From Nitrospinota bacterium (GTDB lineage Bacteria; UBA8248), in the NCBI GenBank assembly GCA_046581755.1, contig JAYGFR010000249.1:1-16647 (forward strand): a DNA stretch of 16,647 bases. Direction: 5' to 3'. Below are positions 8,436 through 16,647 of this stretch, in pieces; position 1 is the stretch's first letter, and every line of letters starts with the position of its first letter. The notes beneath the pieces are model-generated. The model was given only the letters and a program-made list of their open reading frames with translations, made no database searches and had not been told where the DNA came from. Made by a program: the position numbers and the translations under genes.

Positions 8436-9218
8436 ATGGCCAGGATTCGAGAGCGGCCCATATTCATCTACCACCAGATTGGCGACTACCCGGCCGATCT
8501 GATGCAGTATGGCGTCACCCCGGCGGCGTTCCGCTCCCACCTCGACGCGCTCGAAGAACTCAACCTCGAAGCGATTCCGCTGGACCGGATGCTCGCCCAG
8601 ATGAAAGGGGAGGCCCCCTTCTCCCCCCGCGCGGTTTCCCTCACCTTCGATGGCGGATTCCGGGACGCCGCCGAAAATGCGCTCCCCATTCTGACCGAAA
8701 GAAACATCAAAACCACGTTTTTCATCCCGACCGAATACGTGGGAAAAGAGCACGCCCTTTACCGCGCAAACCTCCCCTGCATGGACTGGGGCCAGATCAG
8801 GGAACTCCTGGCGGCGGGGATGACGATCGGCTCGCTGGGAAGATACGGAGCCAGGTTGACCGAGATAAAGCCATCCGAATGGCGCGAGGACGCGCGCACC
8901 GCCCGCCGGACGCTCGAAGACAAGCTGGGCGCCCCGGTCCGCTACCACGCCTACCGCGAGACGTTTCCGAACCGGCGGCTTCGAAAATACTTCATCGAGG
9001 AAGGCTTCGAGGGCGTTTTGACGATGTGCCCGACCCTCCGGCGGTCCGACCTCTACCGCATCGGGCGGATACAGATGGACGACGAGGCCCCCAACGTCTT
9101 TCAGAGCAAAGCCTCGAACCTCTAACTATTTTTCAAGGACAGGCGCGCCTGGCGGCTCATCCGGAAATTCAAGATTGACCGCCTGATGCACCGCATATAC
9201 GAGAGGTTCGAAAAATAA
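8436..9218 (+). CDS. Polysaccharide deacetylase (NodB/CE4-like) family protein with degenerate active site; internal TAA at 9123-9125, possibly pseudogenised
   Basis: ATG 8436 after GGAG. Motifs IFIYHQIG, VSLTFDGGFRD, TTFFIPT and MDWGQIREL...GMTIGS. After the TAA the frame continues LFFKDRRAWRLIRKFKIDRLMHRIYERFEK to TAA at 9216-9218. Confidence 0.75.
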
Positions 9219-9313
9219 ACCCCCGCCCCCGCTCATCGCCTTGATGCGGCCGGGTGTATGCCGGTTTCCGCCCCGGACAACGGTCATTTTGAGGGTTCTG
9301 CCCGAGGGGCATT

Positions 9314-9328
9314 TCCGATAATATCGGA
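9314..9328. promoter_or_regulatory. Palindromic candidate operator upstream of the VOC gene
   Basis: TCCGATA-A-TATCGGA, a perfect 7-1-7 inverted repeat overlapping a GATAAT -10-like hexamer. Confidence 0.35.
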
Positions 9329-9376
9329 CCATCCGGAAGCTGCCTGGGAAATTCCGGTGTTAAAGGAGTCAAGAAG

Positions 9377-9829
9377 GTGAAAGCAAACAAAATCGGGCAT
9401 GTGCACTTGAACGTCCGTAACCTGGAAAACGCCGAGCGCTTTTATACCGAAGTTTTCGGGTTCCGCGTCACCGAACGAATCCGGGATACTTTTGTCTTCC
9501 TTTCATTGGGGGACCACCACCACGATCTGGCCTTAAGAAATGTGGGTGCGAATGCGCCCATCCCGCCCGATCTTTCCGTGGGCATGTACCATTTCGCGAT
9601 TGAAGTAGAAAACCGAAAAATCCTGGCCGAGGTATGCAAGAAGCTTCAGGAGATGGGCGTTTCCATGGGAAGTTCAGACCATGGCATCTCCCATGCGCTG
9701 TATTTTCGCGATCCGGAAGGAAACGAGGTGGAAGCCTATGTCGACATGCGAAACCGAAACGATGAGCAAACCAACGGCGCACCGAAACCGCTTGATTTAA
9801 ACGAACTGCTGTCCCACCTCGACTCTTAA
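9377..9829 (+). CDS. VOC family protein (glyoxalase/bleomycin resistance/extradiol dioxygenase)
   Basis: GTG start after AGGAG. Motifs IGHVHLNVRNLE..ERFY..VFGF, HHHDLAL, GMYHFAIEV and LYFRDPEGNEVE. Confidence 0.92.
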   Translation: MKANKIGHVHLNVRNLENAERFYTEVFGFRVTERIRDTFVFLSLGDHHHDLALRNVGANAPIPPDLSVGMYHFAIEVENRKILAEVCKKLQEMGVSMGSSDHGISHALYFRDPEGNEVEAYVDMRNRNDEQTNGAPKPLDLNELLSHLDS

Positions 9830-9933
9830 AAAAGCGAGTATCCCCCACTCATCCCCTAGGATGGTTTTACGCCGTTTTTGTCTGTCTAATGAATGTTCAT
9901 CGAACACTTCCCAACCGGACTGAAAATGAAAAA

Positions 9934-10755
9934 TCAATGGATCTCCGCCGGGGCGTTCCGGCCATGAAACCCCTGCTTCGTGTTGGCCCGGATGAATTTC
10001 GCGATAGCCGAAATCACCTCTTCTTCTATCCTGAAAAACGTGTGGGGCGTTTCCGGGGAGCAGGGACGGCGGCCGGCGTCCTCTCCTCCGGCGAAAGATT
10101 TCGCCTTCGCGTTCGGGGAGGAAGCCGCCGCCCTTACGATTTCGATTGCACCCACCGGCGGAGTGCCGGGGCAAGCGTCATCATTATGAGCGATTGCGAG
10201 AAGGGGCACCTGAATCCTGTCCAAATTCAAATCCAGGATTCCCCGGCCGCCTACGGGCGGTCTCGTCGAACTCGACAAGAGCACCACGCCGGCGATATCT
10301 CGATGGCCCCGGACCGCATAGGAGGCCGCGGAATAGGTGCCCATGCTGATCCCGACCACCCAGACCGACAATTTGGTTTTTTTCTTCATCCAGGCGACGA
10401 CGGCGGCGATGTCCTTCGCGTGGGCTTCGCTTTTCCGAAACAGAGGGTGCATGCCGCCGAGGAACCCCCTCTGGTCGGAAGGCGCATCGATCAGGGAAAA
10501 GGCCAGGCCGTTTTCCGCGAACCGGTCCCGGCTGGTGTTGATAAATCCCCGCCCGCCCGGAAATTGCAAATCGGGCGTTCCGCCTCCCCCCTCGAAGAGG
10601 ACGACCGCGGCGAAGGCGTTTTTCGGCTCGACAACGAGAAAATCCACCGAAGCGCCCGGCCGCACCTTTAACGACACAATCCCGCCATTTGCGGCAATCG
10701 CAGAAGAAAAAACCAGCGCCGTGGCGAGAAAGATTTTCAGGACCGCGCGCGTCAT
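9934..10755 (-). CDS. Secreted alpha/beta hydrolase
   Basis: GGAGGGG SD, signal peptide, nucleophile elbow GISMG, candidate Asp (HNDDAC) and His (TPHTFF). Confidence 0.85.
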   Translation of the reverse strand: MTRAVLKIFLATALVFSSAIAANGGIVSLKVRPGASVDFLVVEPKNAFAAVVLFEGGGGTPDLQFPGGRGFINTSRDRFAENGLAFSLIDAPSDQRGFLGGMHPLFRKSEAHAKDIAAVVAWMKKKTKLSVWVVGISMGTYSAASYAVRGHRDIAGVVLLSSSTRPPVGGRGILDLNLDRIQVPLLAIAHNDDACPGTPPVGAIEIVRAAASSPNAKAKSFAGGEDAGRRPCSPETPHTFFRIEEEVISAIAKFIRANTKQGFHGRNAPAEIH

Positions 10756-10793
10756 CGCCCCCTCCGGAAGATTTTCGATTCCTACCGCCTGGA

Positions 10794-10821
10794 ATTATGC
10801 GGCAACACTCTCCCTTTTCAA
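10794..10821 (-). promoter_or_regulatory. Putative sigma70-type promoter, similar to the grdC promoter
   Basis: TTGAAA-N16-CATAAT, about 40 nt upstream of ATG 10755. Confidence 0.55.
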
Positions 10822-11065
10822 AATTTCGCCAATTCACCCCTTCCCCGGCGGCGCCTCCCCGCCGACAGCCATAAACTCCGTAAAAAGAACCCTCTCGGGC
10901 GCCCATTCCGGCCAAAATCACGGCCAGCAGGCGGTTCTCTCCTCATCGGGGCGCAACGATCCCTCTTCGGACTCAACACCGCTTGCAGCTCCGCGTCACC
11001 CATGGCCGCCGGGCCGGAGCGGGTCCAGGGCCGGAGCGGGCGGCCGGGTTCCCAATCCCGCCGGG

Positions 11066-12481
11066 CTAGCGGGCTTCGTTCAGGGCGGCCCGCCCGCCGG
11101 CCCGGCCGCGATCGATGAAACACCCGAAACCGGGTTTTTTCTCTAAAACTCCATCGCGCACCACCACTTCGCCCCGCACCAGGGTCATCTCGATTCTGCC
11201 CGTCAGCGCTCTGCCCTCTAAAAGCGAGTAGTCGGAGTGGGTGTGCTGGTCCGCCGCGCGGACAACCGTTTCCCCCTCCGGGTCGATGACGGCGATGTCG
11301 GCGTCCGCGCCCGGATGGAGGTTTCCTTTCCGGGGGTGGAGGCCGAGAACCCGGGCTGGGAATTCGCTCGCGACCTGAACGAGCCGATCCAGGGAGATGC
11401 GCCCGGCGGCGGCGCCCTCGCTATAGAGGACGGGCAGAAGGGTCTCGATCCCCGGCGCGCCGAAGGGGGAGTCGATGAAGGACGCCTCTTCTTTTTGGGC
11501 CCGGGTGTAGGGGGAGTGATCGCTCCCGATCAGGTCGATGCTGCCCTTCCGGACGCCCTCCCAGAGGGCGTCGATGTCCGGCTGGGAGCGGAGGGGCGGG
11601 GCCACCTTGGCGATCGCCCCCCACTCGGCCACGGCATCGTCGGTGATCGTGAGGTACTGGGGGCAGGTCTCGGCGGCGAGGTCCCTGCCCTCGGCCTGGG
11701 CGCGCCTGACCTCGGCCAGGGCGGCGGCCGATGTGACGTGGACGATGTAGAGCGGGCACCCAGCCAGGGCGGCCAGATGGGCTGAGCGGGCGACGGCCTC
11801 GGCCTCGATCCCGGGGGGGCGCGACCGCCGGAGGTACTCCGCCCCGTCGATTCCCTCGGCGATGGCTTTGTCCTCGAGATAATCGACCACCGGCCCGTTT
11901 TCGGCATGGACCAGCACGATCCCCCCGCAGGCGGCGGCGCGCTCCATGGCGGCGTAGGTGTACTCGTCCGGGATGCACCGGCCCCGGCCCCGTTTGCGGT
12001 AGCCCATCATGACCTTGAAGGAGGTGACGCCGGCGTCCACGGCCTTGGGGATTTCGGCCAGATAGCCGAAGTCCTCGAAGATCCAGGCGTGGAGGGAGAA
12101 ATCGGCCACGCACCCCGCCTCGCCCTCCTCGCGGCAGCGGCGGAGGGCGCCGAGCATGGATTCGTCCTCCTCGCCGGTGGCGAAGGCGACCAGGGTTGTG
12201 ACGCCGCCGTGGACGCCGCTGCGCGAGACATCGCCCAGGGTGTCGCACTGAGAGGAAAAGGTCCGGAAGTGGACGTGGGGATCGACCGCGCCGGGGAGGA
12301 TCAGCTTGCCCGTCAAATCCATCACCTCTCCGGCGGGAGGGGCATCCCCGGCCGCGCCGGTCCAGGCCACCCGGCCATCGCGGATGCCGAGGGCGGCGGC
12401 GCGGGAGCCGCCGCCGAGAACGTACGTGCCACCGATGAGGAGCAGGTCGAGGGGAGGGTTTCCAGGGCCTTGGGCCATCAT
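11066..12481 (-). CDS. Cyclic amidohydrolase (dihydropyrimidinase/hydantoinase/allantoinase-like), 471 aa
   Basis: ATG 12481 after AAGGAG (track start 12625 is probably too long). Binuclear-site motifs PGAVDPHVHF, SFKVMMGY, VHAEN, IVHVTS, ETCPQYL, PPLR and GSDHSP. Confidence 0.9.
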   Translation of the reverse strand: MMAQGPGNPPLDLLLIGGTYVLGGGSRAAALGIRDGRVAWTGAAGDAPPAGEVMDLTGKLILPGAVDPHVHFRTFSSQCDTLGDVSRSGVHGGVTTLVAFATGEEDESMLGALRRCREEGEAGCVADFSLHAWIFEDFGYLAEIPKAVDAGVTSFKVMMGYRKRGRGRCIPDEYTYAAMERAAACGGIVLVHAENGPVVDYLEDKAIAEGIDGAEYLRRSRPPGIEAEAVARSAHLAALAGCPLYIVHVTSAAALAEVRRAQAEGRDLAAETCPQYLTITDDAVAEWGAIAKVAPPLRSQPDIDALWEGVRKGSIDLIGSDHSPYTRAQKEEASFIDSPFGAPGIETLLPVLYSEGAAAGRISLDRLVQVASEFPARVLGLHPRKGNLHPGADADIAVIDPEGETVVRAADQHTHSDYSLLEGRALTGRIEMTLVRGEVVVRDGVLEKKPGFGCFIDRGRAGGRAALNEAR

Positions 12482-12794
12482 GCGCACTCCTTCATGGAAG
12501 TCATCGTATGAATCCCTTCGCGGAGGAACCGCGGGAATTATATGGGATAGGGGCCAAAAGGCAGAACCGCAAAATGAAGGATTCGCCAGGCACAGCCTTG
12601 AGAAAGGCCAATGGAGCGCACGCATTTGCGCCGATGGCTATCTTGTCACCCGAGCGCACAAGCGCCGCCGCCTCCTCGGGCGAGCAAACATTTGCCCGGG
12701 GATGAAGACTCTTGATAGAAACTGCACGGCCCGCAGTCATCTACGAATTCCCCTGTCAGTGGCAAACGGTAATTTCGGCCGAAATCAAGGTATT

Positions 12795-12863
12795 CATGGC
12801 GAATGTGTAATTTAGCTTGATTCAAGTCTTTCGTCACCTTGCGGCGAATGGGAATTCGCCATG
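12795..12863. repeat. Small intergenic element with 10-bp terminal inverted repeats; related partial copy at 16007-16055
   Basis: CATGGCGAAT (12795-12804) ... ATTCGCCATG (12854-12863), with an internal hairpin GGCGAAT-GGGA-ATTCGCC. Confidence 0.45.
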
Positions 12864-12924
12864 CACGGGACGAGGATCCATTTTTCGTGGAGCACACCGA
12901 ACCAATCGACTCACGTTCACCTCT

Positions 12925-14322
12925 TTATTTTGCGTAGAAATCCGCCTTGCTTAGATACCCGCTCCAGGCAAACCAGTATGCGATGTGGCCGGGCAGGCGT
13001 GTCAGGGTTTCCCCCTTTGGGCCCTTTAGGGCCGCTTCCGTGATGGTCCATATGGCGCCTTTGGAGGAAAGCTGGTTCGGCCCGGGTCCTTTCTTGAAGA
13101 CGCGGCCTCCAGAGCGGTAGGCGCGCACCGTGCGGCTCGTGGCGCCGCCCACCAGAACGATTTCGAGAATCCCAACGCGGTCGTTGAGCACCCTGCCACC
13201 CTCGAAGGCGCTTAGCGGCCAGGCTTTTTGGACGCCCGTCATCCGCAGGCCGAAGACATAATCCTTCGGCCGGAGCCGCGCGTCCAGGGTGAGGGCCGGA
13301 AACATCAGGTCGGGGCTTGCGAAGTAGGTGCCGTAGGGCAAGCCCGGTGAATAGTTTCGATCATATCCGGTTCGAAGCGAGAGCACCTTGGTTTTGGGAT
13401 GCCGCGCGCGCCACTCGTCCCAAGTAGCGATCACCACCGGCAAAATCTTCAACCTGATTCCGGAGCCTGTCAGTTTGCCCACCACTGGACGGCCCGTGAA
13501 CTGGTTCCAAAGCGAGTGGGTCTGGCGGTCGTACATGAGCTTGTTGGAGCGGTAGAGAAAGCCGGAAGACCCGAAGACAAAAGATTTGCTTCTTCCTTTC
13601 ACACGCGTACCGAAAAGGATCCCCGATCCGCACAGAGTTCAGTAGGCAAGAGAAACCGGCACGCCTCCGATCACGTCGTTGAACATCTCATGCCAGTCCA
13701 TGAAACGCAGCGGATAGGCGTGCACGTCACCGTTAATCTCGACGCCGAAGACGAGTTCCTCTTTGGTGAGATAGTCCGCTTCGGCCGCGGGGATTAACTC
13801 CGGGTTGGTCAAGGCCGGAATCCCGTCTTTCTTCACCCCGCCCCAGACGATCTCTTCGAGGCGGATCTCGTGTTTCACGCCGGGACGGAGGAAAACGCGA
13901 AAATTGGGATCGATTCGCGCGAAGAGGTCGGCTTGGAATCGATCGAAACCCTCGAAGGATTTGACCTCTGGATGGGCCTGCTACCAGAGCATCCAGTCGT
14001 TCCAATCGGGGCCGTAATTCGCGCCGGTGATCGCCTTGAGCACCCCGGTGTTTTTCGCCCGATCGCCCGGAACGTAGCGCAGGGCCATGATCAGGGCGGC
14101 GGCTACGTCCGGCTTGCCCCGGCGGGCCATCCAGGCGCGCGCGTTATCGCGAACCCAGGGAGGCGCTGAGATCAGCGAGACCGCGAATTTGCCGGTATCG
14201 CTCATCGATCCGGAAGAAGCCGACTCTCCCAGCGCTTGAGGTGCGGCGGGAAGGAAGAACAGAAAAAGCGCAAGCAACAACGACGTAGCCCGACTCACCG
14301 GCGTTCCCCCGAATTCAACCAT
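12925..14322 (-). CDS. DUF3179-family selenoprotein (UxxC), probably exported; in-frame TAG at 13981-13983, so probably a pseudogene or base-call error
   Basis: Three track ORFs (13981-14322, 13639-13878, 12925-13602) share one frame. Signal peptide...DWMLW-(TAG)-QAHPEV...GGVKKDGIPAL...AYPLRFMDWHEMFND...SLAY-(TGA 13639-13641)-TLCGSG...FGSSGFLYRSNKLMYDRQTHSLWNQ...AYWFAW. The start may be GTG 14298. Confidence 0.85.
13617..13629 (-). promoter_or_regulatory. Putative SECIS hairpin of the DUF3179 gene
   Basis: GGATC-GGG-GATCC starting 9 nt after the UGA, with the same C-GGG-G apex as the grdB hairpin. Confidence 0.55.
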
Positions 14323-14746
14323 GAATGAGGGGATGGTATTCTATTCATGCGGGTATTGGAATCTGGGGATGATCCTGGCCAGCCAACGAAATCAATTTCT
14401 CCAGAATATCTTAGAAGAGCGGGCCGGCCAGGCGCAGCCTGCACCCGTATCCCGGTCCAGCGAAACGAAAACCTTGTGCCCGTTCCAGGGAAGGGGGATT
14501 CGGGGACGAGCCTGCTTGACGGGCATGTTGGCCTCCGAAAAAGGTCTTGCTGCTGGATCTCGGAGGCTATCATCAATGCTGGATATTTAAGAGATTTCGG
14601 CCGGGCAAACCCACCGTGAAACTCACTGGACCAGGACAGGGATGCCCGCGCATACTCGTGATGGAAATCGAAATCGGGTTTAAAGGCTGGCATGGCGCTG
14701 CCGCCTATGCGGCAAAATCAAATTTTTGCGGGGCACAAAGACCAAT

Positions 14747-15988
14747 TTGAACTATCTTGCATTCGTCATTGGGAACTTCCGGTTCCTTGCCTTCGGCTTT
14801 CTCCTCTCGTTTTTTTCCAGTTTCGGACAGACCTACGTTATCTCGGTCTTCAACCCGGACATCCGGGCACAATTTGGCCTCTCCCACGGCGATTTCGGCA
14901 TTGTATTCGCCATCGCCACCGTGGGCAGTGCCCTTTGCCTGATCTGGTTCGGGCGCATGATCGACCAGACTGATCTTCGTAGATATACAATGACGGTGCT
15001 GGGAGGGCTAGTTGCTGCGTGCCTGTTCATGGCAGCGGCGCCAACGACGTTCTTTCTTTTTCTTGCCCTGTTCGCGCTTCGTCTCACGGGGCAAGGCCTC
15101 ATGGTCCACACGGCGGCCACCACCATGGCGCGCTATTTCGAGGGAGCCCGCGGCAAAGCGGTGAGCCTGGTCTCTTTCGGAAGCCCGTTGGGCCAAGGGC
15201 TTCTGGCGATTGCGGCGTTGGCGATTTCGAAATCGGTGGGCTGGCGGTGGACCTGGGCCGCGTTTGCGGCGCTGGTCGTCGTGGGGGTCGTCCCCCTCGC
15301 CCTCTGGTTGCTCCGGGGGCAAAAAGAGCGGCACCAAAGCTATATCGAGCGGGCCGCCGCGCAGATTTCCCCGGAGCGCGGGGTGACGCTCAGGTGGTCG
15401 CGCAGGGAAGTCTTGAAGGACGTTCGCTTCTACCTCATTCTTCCCGTGTTACTCGCACCCTCCTACATCTCGACGGGTTTTTTCTTCCACATGGCCCACC
15501 TCGTCGAATCAAAGGGGTGGAGCCTGACGGATTTTACGGAAGCCTATTTCCTGTACACGGTGGTCCTCGGTGCCGTGTCCCTGATAACGGGGCCGATCGT
15601 CGATCGGATCGGGGCGGTGCGGCTCCTGCCCTACTATATGATCCCGCAAGGGCTGGCGATGTTGGCCATAGCGGGTTCCGATCATCCGGGCGCCGCCGTT
15701 ATTTTCATGCTGGCGAGCGGCGTGACGGTGGGGTTGCGCGTCACCATCGGCGGGGCCATCTGGGCGGAGATCTATGGGGTCGCCCACCTGGGAGGGATAC
15801 GTGCCCTGGCGACCGCGTTCATGGTGTTTTCTACGGCGCTTGCTCCGGTCACAATGGGTTGGTGGATCGATTGGGGCGTGACGATGGAGTCGATCGCACT
15901 GGGTTGTATCGTCTACGCCGTTCTATCGTCCCTCCTGTCGTGGTTCGCCCTTCGATTCGGGTACGAAAAAATGCCTGCCGCGGGGTAG
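14747..15988 (+). CDS. MFS transporter
   Basis: About 12 hydrophobic segments, motif-A-like GRMIDQTDLR and GPIVDRIGAVR, and FFSSFGQT. Start is TTG 14747 or TTG 14726. Confidence 0.92.
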   Translation: MNYLAFVIGNFRFLAFGFLLSFFSSFGQTYVISVFNPDIRAQFGLSHGDFGIVFAIATVGSALCLIWFGRMIDQTDLRRYTMTVLGGLVAACLFMAAAPTTFFLFLALFALRLTGQGLMVHTAATTMARYFEGARGKAVSLVSFGSPLGQGLLAIAALAISKSVGWRWTWAAFAALVVVGVVPLALWLLRGQKERHQSYIERAAAQISPERGVTLRWSRREVLKDVRFYLILPVLLAPSYISTGFFFHMAHLVESKGWSLTDFTEAYFLYTVVLGAVSLITGPIVDRIGAVRLLPYYMIPQGLAMLAIAGSDHPGAAVIFMLASGVTVGLRVTIGGAIWAEIYGVAHLGGIRALATAFMVFSTALAPVTMGWWIDWGVTMESIALGCIVYAVLSSLLSWFALRFGYEKMPAAG

Positions 15989-16006
15989 CGTCAGCCCGGG
16001 ACGCGT

Positions 16007-16055
16007 GTGCATGGCGAATTAATAATTCCAGCTAAAAATCAGGTCTTTCGCCGCC
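16007..16055. repeat. Diverged partial copy of the 12795 element
   Basis: GTGCATGGCGAATT (16007-16020) is the exact reverse complement of 12853-12866, and the following bases align with 12805-12838. Confidence 0.4.
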
Positions 16056-16157
16056 AACTGGCGATACCCGGTATGGCCGCTAAAGCCCCGATGAATTAAA
16101 TCGGAACCCTTCCTGGCACCCTATCCACCTGCCGTTTCAAAAGATATTTCCGAATCT

Positions 16158-16463
16158 TCATCTGCTTGCTCCGGCAAGTTCCAGAATATGAATAATATTG
16201 GAATATCCTTTTTGGACCGCGAGTCCAAGAAGTGTGGTTCCCGCACCATCGGCCAAATTGGCCCGGGCACCGGCCTTGAGCAATGCTCGAACAATTGCCT
16301 CGTGGCGTGGTCCGCCGTCACCAAGAACAATTGCTTCAATAAGAGCGGTCCATCCAAGGTTGTTGACATGGTCAAGCGGCGCTTTTCCCGCAATTAGCGT
16401 CTCCACCACTTCTACATGTCCGAGATGCGCCGCTGCGATAAGTGCGGTTCTTTGGTACGGGCT
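16158..16463 (-). pseudogene. 5'-truncated ankyrin-repeat protein
   Basis: SPYQRTALIAAAHLGHVEVVETLIAGKAPLDHVNNLGWTALIEAIVLGDGG...NLADGAGTTLLGLAVQKGY (three ankyrin repeats). Upstream of 16463 the frame enters AT-rich sequence and hits an in-frame TAA without an ATG. Confidence 0.75.
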
Positions 16464-16647
16464 CGAATCTAAGTTTGCAAGACTATTATATTCGATGATT
16501 TACGTACATTCCCTGCAGTCTATTTATTCGGATACCCGCACAATAACCCTCACGCCAGTGGCCTCCTGAGTCCCTCCCAGGCTCTCATCTTTTGCCAGAA
16601 ACGGAATTGATTGTTCTTCCTGGAATTTTTGCTAACTACTATTATTT

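Noticed and set aside
13981..13983. Genome-wide UAG reassignment or pyrrolysine
   Set aside because: TAG is the apparent true stop of the OMP gene (1471), grdA (5430), grdC (5942), the amidohydrolase (11066) and the MFS gene (15988), and no pyl genes are visible.
12925..14322. DUF3179 selenoprotein as the missing reductant of GrdA
   Set aside because: It has a signal peptide while Grd proteins are cytoplasmic, lies 5.5 kb away, and is interrupted by TAG.
1..16647. CRISPR array, tRNA/rRNA, transposase or integrase
   Set aside because: No regularly spaced repeats, no tRNA-like (including tRNA-Sec) or rRNA sequence, and no DDE or tyrosine-recombinase motifs recognised by eye.

Overview
GC-rich window from a diderm bacterium (inferred from a secretin and a beta-barrel outer-membrane protein). 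The core is a minus-strand glycine/sarcosine/betaine-reductase-like operon, grdC-grdA-grdE-grdB (7354..2732). The ORF track splits GrdA and GrdB because each has an in-frame UGA (selenocysteine) followed by a SECIS-like hairpin. The operon is non-canonical: GrdB has U-G-T-G-T-R-S instead of U-G-T-C-T-R-C, GrdE lacks the Cys motif normally cleaved to a pyruvoyl group, and no grdD or thioredoxin genes are in the window. Upstream are a near-consensus sigma54 promoter with a candidate enhancer, a small ORF, and a sigma70-like promoter that recurs in front of a secreted hydrolase gene. A third selenoprotein gene (DUF3179, UxxC) also carries an in-frame TAG. Other genes: a lipoprotein secretin (partial, missed by the track), an OMP, a degenerate polysaccharide deacetylase with a premature TAA, a VOC protein, an alpha/beta hydrolase, a cyclic amidohydrolase, an MFS transporter and a 5'-truncated ankyrin remnant. 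Family assignments come from recalled motifs, not database searches.
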